A stretch of 64,000 bases of DNA from Nitrosopumilus sp. (GCA_965204345.1 OZ241981.1:1792001-1856000); one strand, 5' to 3'; numbered from the stretch's first letter, positions 30,404 to 40,802 are shown. Numbers and translations are program-made. The notes: a model not told the origin generated them from the letters alone.

Positions 30404-31594
30404 ATGAAACACATCACAAATAAAACAAAAACAATTCTGTTTGCATCCCTGATTGCTGCAATGATTCTGCCATTTAGTGGTATGCAATTTGCAGAAGCAA
30501 AACAAGACAAAAATAACGATGTAAATAAACTACAAGCATACGAACGCAAACTAGCTTATTTACAAGAAAAAGCGCTACGTGATAACAAAATTGATGACAA
30601 AGAATTAGTTGAAAGAGTGGGAAAAAATTGGGAATCTCAATACGAATCCAAAACTGAATTTGATTTTAAACAAAATCAAATCAAATCATATGTGACTTCT
30701 GATCTTGAAGAAAATGGTTGGAATGAATTTATGATCAAGGGAAATGTTCGGATACATAATTTTGACACCATTATTGGAAAGACAGGTAGTAGTCATGAAA
30801 TTGTCGGTTTAATTGCTGGACTTGAAAAAATCCAAGAAACTTATGCCCAACCAGAACCTGTGATAAAATTCCATGATTGGATTGCCCAACAATACAATAT
30901 CCCAACAACAGAAAATGCAATTGAAGAACGTATTACTGAAATCGTAGGAGATTCAAAATACAGAAACATCAGTAGCAACATCTACAAATCATTCAATGAT
31001 ATGGCACAAAATGGTAACGTGCCATCAGAATTATTTGATGAAGATATGGCTTATTGGAATGTAATTATCAATATTTCATTCTGTCAATTTGATGATGGTT
31101 GTAACGTTGATGTACTCAATGAAATATTAGAAACCAAATCCTACGAACGAGAAGTTACTGAAATACCAGATATGGCACAAACATGGCTGGATCTTGTGCT
31201 TCCAAAAGCTTTTGCTTGGTCCGAAACTAGTCATAGTTCCTATGTTTATGGACACCCCTATGCATGTGATTATGGTACATGTAAAGTAAGTACTAGTAAA
31301 AGTTTCAGTACTGGAGAGCATTCAATTTATGCAACAAGCCCTTCATGGCCACAACCTCATGGCAAGATGCACGGTGTAGGTAATACATCATTCAAAATGT
31401 ATGGCTCTTCTTGTGGTTCACCAAGTGCATATCATAGCGTAGTAGTAGAGACTGAGGTAGGATATAGAGATAGTTCAGTTACTGATGGTGGATATGGTTG
31501 TGGAATTGCACAAAAGACTTTCCGACCTAGTACAAATCCACACAGTGTTTGGACATGGACTACCACAGCTACAACAAATGCTTGGTTGCCTTAA
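30404..31594 (+). CDS. Secreted precursor with helical N-terminal region and Cys-rich C-terminal domain
   Basis: Signal MKHITNKTKTILFASLIAAMILPFSGMQFAEA; internal LPKAFA-W motif before a ~125-aa Ser/Thr/Gly/Cys-rich C-terminus. Confidence 0.75.
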   Translation: MKHITNKTKTILFASLIAAMILPFSGMQFAEAKQDKNNDVNKLQAYERKLAYLQEKALRDNKIDDKELVERVGKNWESQYESKTEFDFKQNQIKSYVTSDLEENGWNEFMIKGNVRIHNFDTIIGKTGSSHEIVGLIAGLEKIQETYAQPEPVIKFHDWIAQQYNIPTTENAIEERITEIVGDSKYRNISSNIYKSFNDMAQNGNVPSELFDEDMAYWNVIINISFCQFDDGCNVDVLNEILETKSYEREVTEIPDMAQTWLDLVLPKAFAWSETSHSSYVYGHPYACDYGTCKVSTSKSFSTGEHSIYATSPSWPQPHGKMHGVGNTSFKMYGSSCGSPSAYHSVVVETEVGYRDSSVTDGGYGCGIAQKTFRPSTNPHSVWTWTTTATTNAWLP

Positions 31595-31620
31595 ATACCA
31601 CCCACTTCTTTTTTTATATT

Positions 31621-32139
31621 ATGAATAATTCAATTTTTGTATTCTCAGTTGTTTTAGTTGTGTCCATGCTGATTGGTATGAATTATGAATCACTATACAA
31701 TTATGGTCAATGGATATCACTTATGAATGGAATTACTGATCTTAGATTTTCAGACACACATGAAGCAGTTAATAATTTAGGACACTATTCAACGTTGGGG
31801 CACATTGCAATAATTGATGAGAATTCTATCGAGGTTACGTTTAACAACAAAAATAATTATGGCATATATTCAGAGGGAGTAAAGATTTGGAGTATTCCAA
31901 CTCAATTTGAATTTATCAAGACAGTAAACGTAGGCGATATTTTTATCGTCCATTGTAGAGAACATGACCAAGGCTTAGGAGCACAGTTGTTGGAATTAGT
32001 CGACATAGACATTCAAAATAACAATATGACATTCAATCATTATAATGTCGGACTTTCACCATCTGTGGAATGTATGTATCCGGAAATAATTGAACATAGT
32101 TTCGATATCAAATGGGATCGATTCAAAATATTCGTTTGA
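31621..32139 (+). CDS. Single-TM partner protein (family P), divergent homolog of 29261/33168
   Basis: SIEVTF..FEFIKTVNVGDIFIVHC..FNH..CMYPEIIEHSFDI aligns with SIRIDF..FEHSENIKINQMFAVMC..FFH..CDYPKVIRNSVDV. Confidence 0.7.
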   Translation: MNNSIFVFSVVLVVSMLIGMNYESLYNYGQWISLMNGITDLRFSDTHEAVNNLGHYSTLGHIAIIDENSIEVTFNNKNNYGIYSEGVKIWSIPTQFEFIKTVNVGDIFIVHCREHDQGLGAQLLELVDIDIQNNNMTFNHYNVGLSPSVECMYPEIIEHSFDIKWDRFKIFV

Positions 32140-32387
32140 TACGACGGTTCTGACAAATTTTGATGATCTAGATATGCTATAAATCACAGTTTGATTGTAT
32201 GTTTTGCTCTATTTTTATTTTTTAAAACCATTAATTTTACGCCTAAACTTTGTACACTAGTCAATGGATAGCGTTCCATCACATTGACATAATTTGCATT
32301 TTCCATTAACAATTTGTGAGTTTTTGTCATATGTATCTGACAGGCATCTCGATAATATGTGGAATATAGATACAAAAAAATACCAAA

Positions 32388-33168
32388 TTGTGATCTATAA
32401 CTTTGACACCCTTGCATATGACAATCTGGCAGGTCTGAACGCTCTCATAGCCAATGTAGAGAATCAAAAGAATAACAACTCATACAATCCCACGAAAGCC
32501 GAAAAAAATACCATGAATGGGCTGCAAAACAGATAGGAGAGCATCCTGTAATGCCAGACATGAAGCAAGAGATGATCAAGCAGGTCATCCGTGCGTATAA
32601 TGAGAGTGCAAATTATGGAAATGTGCCTGCTGATCTCTATGATTTAGATCCATCATTTTGGTTGGACATAGCAAGTGACAAAATGTGTGATCTTTTAGAG
32701 GACTGTAGACAGAATGCCATGCAATCCGGATTAGACTTGTTAGACTGCACAATCGTTCCATGTGCAGAGGCAACAACCTATTCGACATACCATGTGCTGA
32801 GCACGTATATGAATCCCTACAGATGCATTTATGGTAATACCTGTTATGTTTCAGATGTAGATAGCGGAAGTGGACCACTACAGACCCATCAGGCTGGCGG
32901 TGGGACACATGCTGGTTCATTGTATACCACGTATGCGATTGTAAATAAATCCTATGTGGATGCCTTTCCGGTATCACACGAAGTTTCAGCAAGAATACAG
33001 ATAGGTAATCAGGCAAGAACTTTGGGACCATTTGTAGGAATTGACGAAATAAATCAAAGAGATAGCGTATATCTAGGCGGACGATGTGGTGGCGGAACAG
33101 GCGATGAGAGGAACTGTGGGACTTTCTCATTAACCGTCTATGCTGAACCTGCAACATTTGAGACATAA
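32388..33168 (+). pseudogene. 5'-truncated, fragmented paralog of the 30404 precursor with a different C-terminal domain (ORF 32551-33168 still open)
   Basis: YNFDTL and YNESANYGNVPADLYDLDPSFW..C....C match HNFDTI and FNDMAQNGNVPSELFDEDMAYW..C....C; no signal peptide. Confidence 0.7.
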
Positions 33169-33893
33169 TGTTTATCTCAAACCCCCTATTTTTTTTATCT
33201 ATGAAAAAGTGGATTCCAATATCCGTTGGATGTATCTTTTTAGTGACTGTTGGGTATTTGTATGCAGAATATGATTATGAGAATAGAACCTATGTTATAC
33301 CTATGAGAGAATCCCTTATCGTCCCAGAGGTATCTGATGTACATTATGAACCCATCGACAGTGAGAGATTCTGGATGTCAATGGAGAGGATCACCCCTTT
33401 GAATGACGGCTCCATACGCATAGACTTTTCACAAAACGGCTGGACAGACACATCGGTTATTCCGTTAATACCAGAATTTGAACATTCTGAGAACATAAAA
33501 ATAAACCAGATGTTTGCAGTTATGTGTCTTCCACTCAAAGAAGAGGATCACAAGATTTTGTGTGATGACACAGATGATCAAGATGCAAGAGCATGTACGA
33601 CCCCCCTAACGGGCGGAACTCCTTCGGTAGTAAATTTTCTACAATATCTTGGAATGACGCCTGACAGGAATGGCGTCTTGTCATACAAGTTCTTCCACGT
33701 TTCTGCAGATTTGCAAGAGTACATGCCATGCGACTATCCAAAGGTCATAAAGAACTCCGTTGATGTAAGAACACTCTATTACGACCCTGATATCATATAT
33801 CCTAATGATGTAGACTGGTATAACAGAACCGAGGAGCAGAGACAACAGTTACATGATCAAATTGATGCGATAAATAGTGCGCAGACCCCATGA
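33168..33893 (+). CDS. Single-TM partner protein (family P), copy 2
   Basis: Near-identical to 29261-29986; TAATG coupling. Confidence 0.75.
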   Translation: MFISNPLFFLSMKKWIPISVGCIFLVTVGYLYAEYDYENRTYVIPMRESLIVPEVSDVHYEPIDSERFWMSMERITPLNDGSIRIDFSQNGWTDTSVIPLIPEFEHSENIKINQMFAVMCLPLKEEDHKILCDDTDDQDARACTTPLTGGTPSVVNFLQYLGMTPDRNGVLSYKFFHVSADLQEYMPCDYPKVIKNSVDVRTLYYDPDIIYPNDVDWYNRTEEQRQQLHDQIDAINSAQTP

Positions 33894-34058
33894 TCAATGG
33901 ATGGAAATGGATCCCAACCGGTTCTCCATCAAATTCAAGTGATCATATTATCAAAATTTGCCAGAACTGATAAAACAATCCAAGCAGTTGGGTCTTATCA
34001 ATTGCACATAAAGTTCATTGTATTTCTTTGATTTTATTATGAGTAATGTAGAGGCTGC

Positions 34059-34312
34059 ATTCATCTCCAATATTTTTTTGGCCTGTTTAGACAATGTCCT
34101 TCTTGCCATAGGCCCAATTCATCATTGCATTCTTTGCACTGACGCTACTGATTGCCAACATTAGGAATTTCCTGAAGAGTTTGAAACTGCAGAAATAATG
34201 TTTATGGAGAATAAAAAAAATTGGCATGCACCGTAAATTGGCTGAAAAAGAAGCATGCCGTAACTCAATATAACTACTTAAATAACGAAGGCACATAGGG
34301 ATTGGTAATAAC
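34059..34312 (+). promoter_or_regulatory. Conserved leader/promoter L3
   Basis: Homologous to L1, L2 and L4. Confidence 0.8.
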
Positions 34313-35485
34313 ATGAAAAACATAACAAATAAAACAAAAACAATACTGTTTGCATCCTTGATTGCCGCAATGATATTGCCATTTAGCGGTATGGGAGTTG
34401 CAGAAGCAAAGAAAGAACCCGACATGACAGACTATGTCTCTCAATATAAGTACATTGACACAAAGATTCGTGATAACAAAGAATCAATTGAAAATGATAA
34501 CAAAAAACTAAAAGATAAATCAAAATTATCTAGTGCAGATATCATAAAAATTGAAAAACGAATCAAAGACAAAAAGGCAGAAAACGTCAAACTATGGAAG
34601 AATGCTGATGAAGTTGAAAAATTGAATATTGAGTCTTACATCTTAGATGATGAGACACAGGCAATCTTTGATGATGCTTTGGAAACCTTGACTGAAAATT
34701 ATCTGAACACAAATGGTGTCTATGATGTATTTCCAGAAAACAAATACAGAAAGATGATAGTCATGGTTGATCCTGATGACTTTGAGACTAGCAGTTACAC
34801 AGGAGACCGAGATGCATTTACTATAGAATTAGAAAATGCCATTGAGGTAGATGTGGAAACTATCTTTGAAGAAATGGTTTTAACACATTCAACCTCTTGT
34901 CCAAATGCAACATCGTCATGTCATCCAGCTAAGGGCGGAATATCAGTAGCTCACCAAGGCTCAACAGGTGTTGGTAGTACCCTAGGGTTCAAAGCATTAC
35001 ATCCAACATATGGTTATGGTTTTATTATTGCAGAACATGAAGTCCCAAATGGAAATGAACGAGTTGTTCAACCTTTAGGTAGTTCTGGAGTAATTGGTCA
35101 AGCTAAAGTCATGCCTAGTGGTTCATGTGATTGTGCATTTATACAATTCACAGGAGGCCATTGGATGTATGATGAAATCTGGGCACCTGATTTTGGTAGC
35201 ATATACCCAGTACAAACAAGAAATACAGCATCTACCCCTGCTGGAACTATGTTATCTTGGGACGGAATTGGCAGTTCAGGACTTGTTGGATCGCTAATCT
35301 ACGAAAGTTCCCATAGTGGCAAAATTAGCGGTATATCATCTGGCGGCGATAGTGGTTCAGCAATAATTAAACCACAAGCCAATGGAAAAGCTGATGTTTA
35401 TGGTATTGCTAAAGGTACCACTGGTGGTTACACATACTATGAACCATATGATCACATCAAAGATCAATTGGGATTGATATGGTGA
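34313..35485 (+). CDS. Secreted chymotrypsin-like (S1) serine protease with N-terminal pro-region
   Basis: Same signal peptide as 30404; STLGF..GFIIAEH (His), CDCAFI (Asp), GGDSGSA (Ser). Confidence 0.75.
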   Translation: MKNITNKTKTILFASLIAAMILPFSGMGVAEAKKEPDMTDYVSQYKYIDTKIRDNKESIENDNKKLKDKSKLSSADIIKIEKRIKDKKAENVKLWKNADEVEKLNIESYILDDETQAIFDDALETLTENYLNTNGVYDVFPENKYRKMIVMVDPDDFETSSYTGDRDAFTIELENAIEVDVETIFEEMVLTHSTSCPNATSSCHPAKGGISVAHQGSTGVGSTLGFKALHPTYGYGFIIAEHEVPNGNERVVQPLGSSGVIGQAKVMPSGSCDCAFIQFTGGHWMYDEIWAPDFGSIYPVQTRNTASTPAGTMLSWDGIGSSGLVGSLIYESSHSGKISGISSGGDSGSAIIKPQANGKADVYGIAKGTTGGYTYYEPYDHIKDQLGLIW

Positions 35486-35545
35486 TCCCCTTTCTTTTCT
35501 TTTTTTATTTAAAAAATTAATATTCGATGTAGTTTTGGTTCAAAT

Positions 35546-36211
35546 ATGAATATACTATTCTTAACATTTTTTTCAATCTTTATGATGTTAGGAGGAACAA
35601 CACAATTTACTTTTGACTTTGATGCTTATGGACAAATATATCAAGGACATGGGCACTTTAACTCATTTAAAGAAATTTTAGAGGGCAGGCAAGTGGGTGA
35701 TCCTCTCACTTGCCCTAATCCCGAGCACGTACTTGTTTTACGGCCTAATTCTAATTGGGCCTGTGTTTATTTTGAAACCGCAAAACACCTACACTGGGAT
35801 ACTGTAGTATATTCAGAATATGATGCACCACAGATTACCACATCCGTTTTTTATGATGGAGATTATCATCACATTACATATCAAACAAATGAAGGGATAG
35901 TTGACTCTGTTGAGATTTATGCAGATGCAGGATATGTGATTGAGGATTATGTTTTGAATGTATCTCTAACACCTACAAAAGAGGAAGGGAATTTGGTGGT
36001 GACGCTCCCAACCATTGAGTCTAATATGTTTAAAGACTACTGTATTGAATCCAATAGAATTGCAGATTCTCACTATTTCTTTTATTTAGTTGACGGCATG
36101 GAAGTAGAAGAATATGAAGAAATTAGCACAATGCCTAGTTTTACTATTGTAAAATTACCTTATGAATCTGATTCAGAATTGGTTGAAATAATTGTTGCTT
36201 GTTTAATCTAA
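35546..36211 (+). CDS. Exported acidic partner protein
   Basis: N-terminal hydrophobic segment; CPNPEHVLVLRPNSNWACV..TAKHLHW module; C-terminal domain ending VEIIVACLI. Confidence 0.7.
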   Translation: MNILFLTFFSIFMMLGGTTQFTFDFDAYGQIYQGHGHFNSFKEILEGRQVGDPLTCPNPEHVLVLRPNSNWACVYFETAKHLHWDTVVYSEYDAPQITTSVFYDGDYHHITYQTNEGIVDSVEIYADAGYVIEDYVLNVSLTPTKEEGNLVVTLPTIESNMFKDYCIESNRIADSHYFFYLVDGMEVEEYEEISTMPSFTIVKLPYESDSELVEIIVACLI

Positions 36212-36247
36212 AAGATTAGTTGGATCAAGTACAAATTATAGCGTTAT

Positions 36248-36384
36248 AGAGTTTTGATAAATTTTGGTGTCCCATGCCACAAATCACAAATATTATTCTC
36301 GGAATTGTATTTTGAGTCTTTTTGATGGTTAGATAATTTAAGAAAATCATCTCTTGCAGTTTGCCGTTAAATTCCAGTAATTAG
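36248..36384 (-). repeat. Dispersed ~140-bp MITE-like element (homolog at 56601-56758)
   Basis: Reverse complement aligns with 56601-56758; partial copies at 48442-48484, 37058-37105 and 13633-13655. Confidence 0.75.
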
Positions 36385-36537
36385 CTGTATGTGAGATAAA
36401 TCCAATGTAATGTTTGAGGTGAAAATTTAGGTGAGGATAGACCAAACTGGACAGAAGCACATCTGAAAAAATTTCCAACACGCAGAAGCTGTAATGATTC
36501 AGTAAAATGATCTTGATTGGGAATAACCACCATAAGG

Positions 36538-36762
36538 CTATCTACGTATTTTTGATTTAGAACTAACAAAGGTCATGTGAAAATAACACCAATATCTTTT
36601 ATTTCTATGATCACAATTATCACACTCATAAAACCCTTCACGACTTTCCTCACAGCACCTATCGACAAAAAATTGCGTATACATACCATCAGGGGGATAT
36701 GCAATAACTTTTTTGCCACAATTATCACATGAAAAATCATGACTTGTTTTCTTGTCTGCCAT
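36538..36762 (-). CDS. Small zinc-finger protein
   Basis: CDNC...CC...CDNCDH, 74 aa. Confidence 0.6.
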   Translation of the reverse strand: MADKKTSHDFSCDNCGKKVIAYPPDGMYTQFFVDRCCEESREGFYECDNCDHRNKRYWCYFHMTFVSSKSKIRR

Positions 36763-36768
36763 GAAATC

Positions 36769-36930
36769 TTACCTCATTCGCCTTCTTTGTTTCCAATCAG
36801 TATCTTTTTTTGGTTTGTCCCAATACGGACTCTTGTACTTTGGGCAAACTCTAGGGTTTGATTCATCTCTTGGAACCCATTTGTGAACACAACGCTCACA
36901 TTGATAGCCTTTTAGGAATATCTTTGCCAC
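36769..36930 (-). CDS. Small zinc-ribbon protein (fourth Cys replaced by Tyr)
   Basis: Manual translation from GTG: AKIFLKGYQCERCVHKWVPRDESNPRVCPKYKSPYWDKPKK...; 53 aa, not in the ORF track. Confidence 0.65.
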   Translation of the reverse strand: MAKIFLKGYQCERCVHKWVPRDESNPRVCPKYKSPYWDKPKKDTDWKQRRRMR

Positions 36931-37623
36931 AATTATAGTATATTACTAGCAGTATCTAACTATTATGAATCTTTACACTGTTCAATCTTAGGATCTTTTC
37001 AAGTGTAATAATCTAGGAACCGCACGGAGATTTTTTGACAATTGTGGTTTGGTAATTTTTAAGAAAACCATCTCTTGTAGCTTGTCGTTAGATTCCGGTA
37101 ATTAGTTTATCAAAATTTATCAAACCCAAAGTACAGAAACAGGAAGACAACATCTATACCATTAAACTAAATTTGCAAAACATCATTAACCAAATCAATT
37201 GATACCTTCTGAATATTGAAAATACTAAACTAGGAAAAAATTGAAGTGACGAAGTTTAGGCGTAAAATTAATGGTTTTGATAAATAAAATAGAGCAAAAC
37301 ACACAAAGAAACTGATGATTACTGTGCCTTTATTCATCAGATCTAATGTTTGACCATTTGGATTTGCCTTCAAGATGAAAAATTCAGAAAAGAAATCAAC
37401 TTGCAAATAAGATGATATTATCAAATCTTTACCGTGTATCAGGCTTGTATGTTTGTCTGACAAAAGATCAAACACTTGTAACATAGTCGATTAGATCACA
37501 TACAGGTCAACACTCAAAGTTCTCTTTAATATAACATCTTAATTGCTGTCAAGAAATGAATTTCATCATACTCTGTCCAATAAAGCGCCAATTATGATAG
37601 ATTCAACGCATATTTACAAACTT

Positions 37624-37943
37624 CAAAACCATGTCACGTAAATTTAACACCTGTATCGGGGTTAGATTTTGAGGCAAAACTATGTCACGTAAATTTAACA
37701 CCTTTGCTGGATGTGAGTTTTGCTAGTTTTGAGGCAAAACCATGTCACGTAAATTTAACACCTTTACTGGAGATGTGACTTTGAGAATCTTTGATCATTT
37801 TGGGGAAAATTTAGATCACGTAAATTTAACAGTGAAAACTCTATGTCACGTATTCTTAAGTGTCATCGGGGTTAGATTTTGAGGCAAAACCATGTCACGT
37901 AAATTTAACAGTGAAAACTCTATGTCACATATTCTTAAGTGTC
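37624..37943 (+). repeat. Array of seven TCAC(G/A)TA-core direct repeats (consensus CAAAACCATGTCACGTAAATTTAACA)
   Basis: Copies near 37624, 37675, 37735, 37816, 37842, 37885 and 37921. Confidence 0.9.
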
Positions 37944-38007
37944 CCCTTTTTCAATCAATTTGCCGTGCATGTCAATTTTTTTATTATCTGCCACATATCT
38001 CATTGTA

Positions 38008-39243
38008 ATGAAGGCAAAGCGCAAGATTGTATCGCTTGTAATGCTGCAGATAATGCTTATTGCGGCAAGTTTTATCATCATTATACACTTTGAGTCTCAG
38101 ACGGCATTTGCAGGAAATGCAGTAAACGTTGCAGGTAAGAACAGATTGCTTACAAGCACCGTGCTAGTGGAGCTACACCACGCATTATTCTATAATCAGA
38201 CACATGATACTGTGAAAGCCTCACTTGAGGATCTATATGAGAATATCATGCTCTTAAAAGAAGGCGGGCAATCCCCAATGGATATTCGCCCACTCCCTGA
38301 CCGATTTGATGCTGACTGGAACGCAATACATGAAAAATTTCTTTTATATGAAGCAGATATCCTGGATATCATAACACAGGACAGCGTGCAGCAACTCCAA
38401 ATAATGCAAGCCGAGGCAACCGGCGTAGAGCTTACACGTCTATCTGACATACTTGCAGAGAATCTCAGCAACGAAGTCGACGCACTCTCAATACAACTCA
38501 TATTGCTGCAGATAACACTTGGGCTGTTCAACATCTGTGTGCACATATTTATGATTGCACTAATCTGGAGAATCTTCAACAAGTACGCAGAAGACGAGAT
38601 AAAGACTACAAAGCTTGCCACAATAGGCGAGTTTGCAACAACCATGGCGCACAACCTGACAAACCCGCTCAGTGCAATACAAACATCTGCCACAAGGATA
38701 CGAAGGCACAGTGACCATCCTGTGATAATCTCAGAAACAGACAGGACAGACCGCTGCATAGCCAGAATGTCGCATCAGATCGAAGATGTCATGAACTATA
38801 CTCGCATATCGCCGCCCACCCTCTCAGAAGAGTCGGTACTGGACATTCTGCAACAGTCAGCATCCATGGTGGAGATTCCCAAGAACATATCACTGGCAAT
38901 GCCCGAGTCGGATGTGGTAATAGAGTGCGACAGGACAAAGCTGGAGGTGGCCTTTGTCAATCTGCTGCGCAACGCAGTACAGGCAATAAAAGACGTGTCT
39001 GGAAGCATCACAGTCAGGCTCGAAGGCAAATCCGAGATGGTCAGAATAGAGTTTGCAAACTCTGGTCCACCCATACCGGATAAATACCTGCAAAGGATAT
39101 TTGAGCCCCTATTTACCACCAAGATGCGCGGGACGGGTCTGGGCCTTGCAAGCTGCAAGAACATACTGGACTCTCATAATGGCTCCATAACTGCATCCAA
39201 CGAGCCTGTAACGTTTACAATAGACATACCTCAGAGGCAATGA
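38008..39243 (+). CDS. Membrane sensor histidine kinase with PilJ/NarX-like sensor domain
   Basis: 2 TMs; AVNVAGKNRLL (P-box-like); H-box MAHNLTNPL; N-box NLLRNAVQA; FEPLFTTK; GTGLGL. Confidence 0.9.
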   Translation: MKAKRKIVSLVMLQIMLIAASFIIIIHFESQTAFAGNAVNVAGKNRLLTSTVLVELHHALFYNQTHDTVKASLEDLYENIMLLKEGGQSPMDIRPLPDRFDADWNAIHEKFLLYEADILDIITQDSVQQLQIMQAEATGVELTRLSDILAENLSNEVDALSIQLILLQITLGLFNICVHIFMIALIWRIFNKYAEDEIKTTKLATIGEFATTMAHNLTNPLSAIQTSATRIRRHSDHPVIISETDRTDRCIARMSHQIEDVMNYTRISPPTLSEESVLDILQQSASMVEIPKNISLAMPESDVVIECDRTKLEVAFVNLLRNAVQAIKDVSGSITVRLEGKSEMVRIEFANSGPPIPDKYLQRIFEPLFTTKMRGTGLGLASCKNILDSHNGSITASNEPVTFTIDIPQRQ

Positions 39244-39255
39244 GGAGAAAGAGAT

Positions 39256-39621
39256 ATGATTTCAAGGAAGATCCTGTTTGTAGATGACGACAATGAGGTG
39301 CTAGAGGTATGCATGCAAGCTCTGGCAGACGACGGTCATGACACAATGGGAGCATCAAGTGGCCAGGAAGCCATATCAAGGTATTCAGAGTTTAGGCCAG
39401 ACATTGTGTTTATGGATGTAAAGATGCCGGGGATGAGCGGCTTTGATGCGTTTCTTGCCATACAAAAACGCCACAAGAACGCGCGCGTCGTGCTCATATC
39501 CAACTATTCCATTGATAAAGTAAAGTACGAATACGCCAAAAAGAAATCGCTTGCTGGACTGATTCGCAAGCCGATAAAATGGACCGACATTGAGCGCATG
39601 ATAAAAAAACATGCAAAATAA
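39256..39621 (+). CDS. Single-domain response regulator (CheY-like)
   Basis: ILFVDDD, PDIVFMDVKMPGMSG, KP. Confidence 0.92.
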   Translation: MISRKILFVDDDNEVLEVCMQALADDGHDTMGASSGQEAISRYSEFRPDIVFMDVKMPGMSGFDAFLAIQKRHKNARVVLISNYSIDKVKYEYAKKKSLAGLIRKPIKWTDIERMIKKHAK

Positions 39622-39623
39622 TT

Positions 39624-40487
39624 TTATGGGCGTCCAGACTTTTTCATGACCTGAAATCTGCTTTTGTAATGGTCTTGGGCCTCATCAAAGAATTCTCTGT
39701 ACCATCTGTACATGTTGCTGTCATCGTGTAGCATCCTTCTTATTTTGACAGACCTCTGAGGAATTCGTGCTGACCTGGGATGCCTATAGTATAACATATA
39801 CGTGTAAAACCAGCATGATACCTGTTCTGCCAGTCCGTGTTCTGATATGCTCTCAAAGCCTTTTGCATGCCTTACATGTATGTAATCCATCAGTTCACGC
39901 ATCGGGTTATCTGGGATTACCGTCGTCTTTGCACTCTCAAACATCAGGGCTTTTGAGAGTATGCGTATCTTGTATGTGTCATCCCCAAGAACTGATCTCA
40001 GTCTCTGCCATATTCCAAATACCTTTGGAAGCGACTCTGCATAAGTGGAGGCCATCACGTCTATCTCGTCGTTTGTGAGGTTTAATGCGTCCATGCAGTA
40101 CAACATGCCGTGCAGCGATAACCGGTATTTCCACGATATCTTTTTTCCGATAACTTTCTTCTCGCGTACTACCAGACCGATATCCAGTATCCCATCTGTG
40201 CGCCGTCTGCCATCTGTTCTGCCAATAAAGAGTCTGCGATATTGACGCTCTTTTTCCCTTATGAAACTGACGTTGTGACGGCGTATGCTTGCCATATCCC
40301 ACGTAGTGCACGGACCGTAAGTCATTAACAGACGCAGCATACTGTGTATGCTTTTCTGATGTTTGGTCAGGGCTATTGTAGAATACCCATACTTTGCGCG
40401 CGCTGCCGGTCTGACATACACCTTGTATGACATCAGATTGCCATGGTTTGGCTCTGGCGGTTTATCTAAAAGCATACCATAACTCAA
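39624..40487 (-). CDS. Basic hypothetical protein, probable winged-helix DNA-binding protein
   Basis: LRLLMTYGPCTTWDMA...GLVVRE...YRLSLHG wHTH-like pattern; convergent with the response regulator. Confidence 0.6.
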   Translation of the reverse strand: MSYGMLLDKPPEPNHGNLMSYKVYVRPAARAKYGYSTIALTKHQKSIHSMLRLLMTYGPCTTWDMASIRRHNVSFIREKERQYRRLFIGRTDGRRRTDGILDIGLVVREKKVIGKKISWKYRLSLHGMLYCMDALNLTNDEIDVMASTYAESLPKVFGIWQRLRSVLGDDTYKIRILSKALMFESAKTTVIPDNPMRELMDYIHVRHAKGFESISEHGLAEQVSCWFYTYMLYYRHPRSARIPQRSVKIRRMLHDDSNMYRWYREFFDEAQDHYKSRFQVMKKSGRP

Positions 40488-40586
40488 TGCGTATTCTCAT
40501 ATAACAGTGTAACAAGTATAACGAATGTCCCGAGTTTGGAGCAGTGTAAAATAATGCGATATGTCACTTGTGTCTAAATTAAAAAA

Positions 40587-40802
40587 TTACGGTTTCAAAT
40601 AACATTGTTCTTCTTCATCATATTCTAAAATACTTAGGTCTCCACCCATTGCTTCATAGTCAGAAGGCCAAACACATGGGCCTGCGATATTTCCGTATAC
40701 AATGATATTCCAGAATAATTCAAAATTAAAAATAAAAATAATTCCAGCAATAACCATCAAGAGCGGGAAAAAAATTAAAAAAAAAGTTTTAGAATCTGTC
40801 AT
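40587..40802 (-). CDS. Small single-TM partner protein
   Basis: MTDSKTFFLIFFPLLMVIAGIIFIF...C...C; overlaps the stop of the 40789-41697 gene. Confidence 0.6.
   Translation of the reverse strand: MTDSKTFFLIFFPLLMVIAGIIFIFNFELFWNIIVYGNIAGPCVWPSDYEAMGGDLSILEYDEEEQCYLKP

Larger units (their letters stand above)
28967..34409 (+). repeat. Direct duplication, ~1.5 kb (28967-30500 vs 32874-34409)
   Basis: Near-identical C-terminal fragment, 241-aa partner gene, spacer, leader and signal-peptide codons. Confidence 0.93.

Noticed and set aside
37624-37943. CRISPR array
   Set aside because: Spacing is irregular, spacers are themselves partly duplicated, repeats vary in length, and no cas genes are in the window
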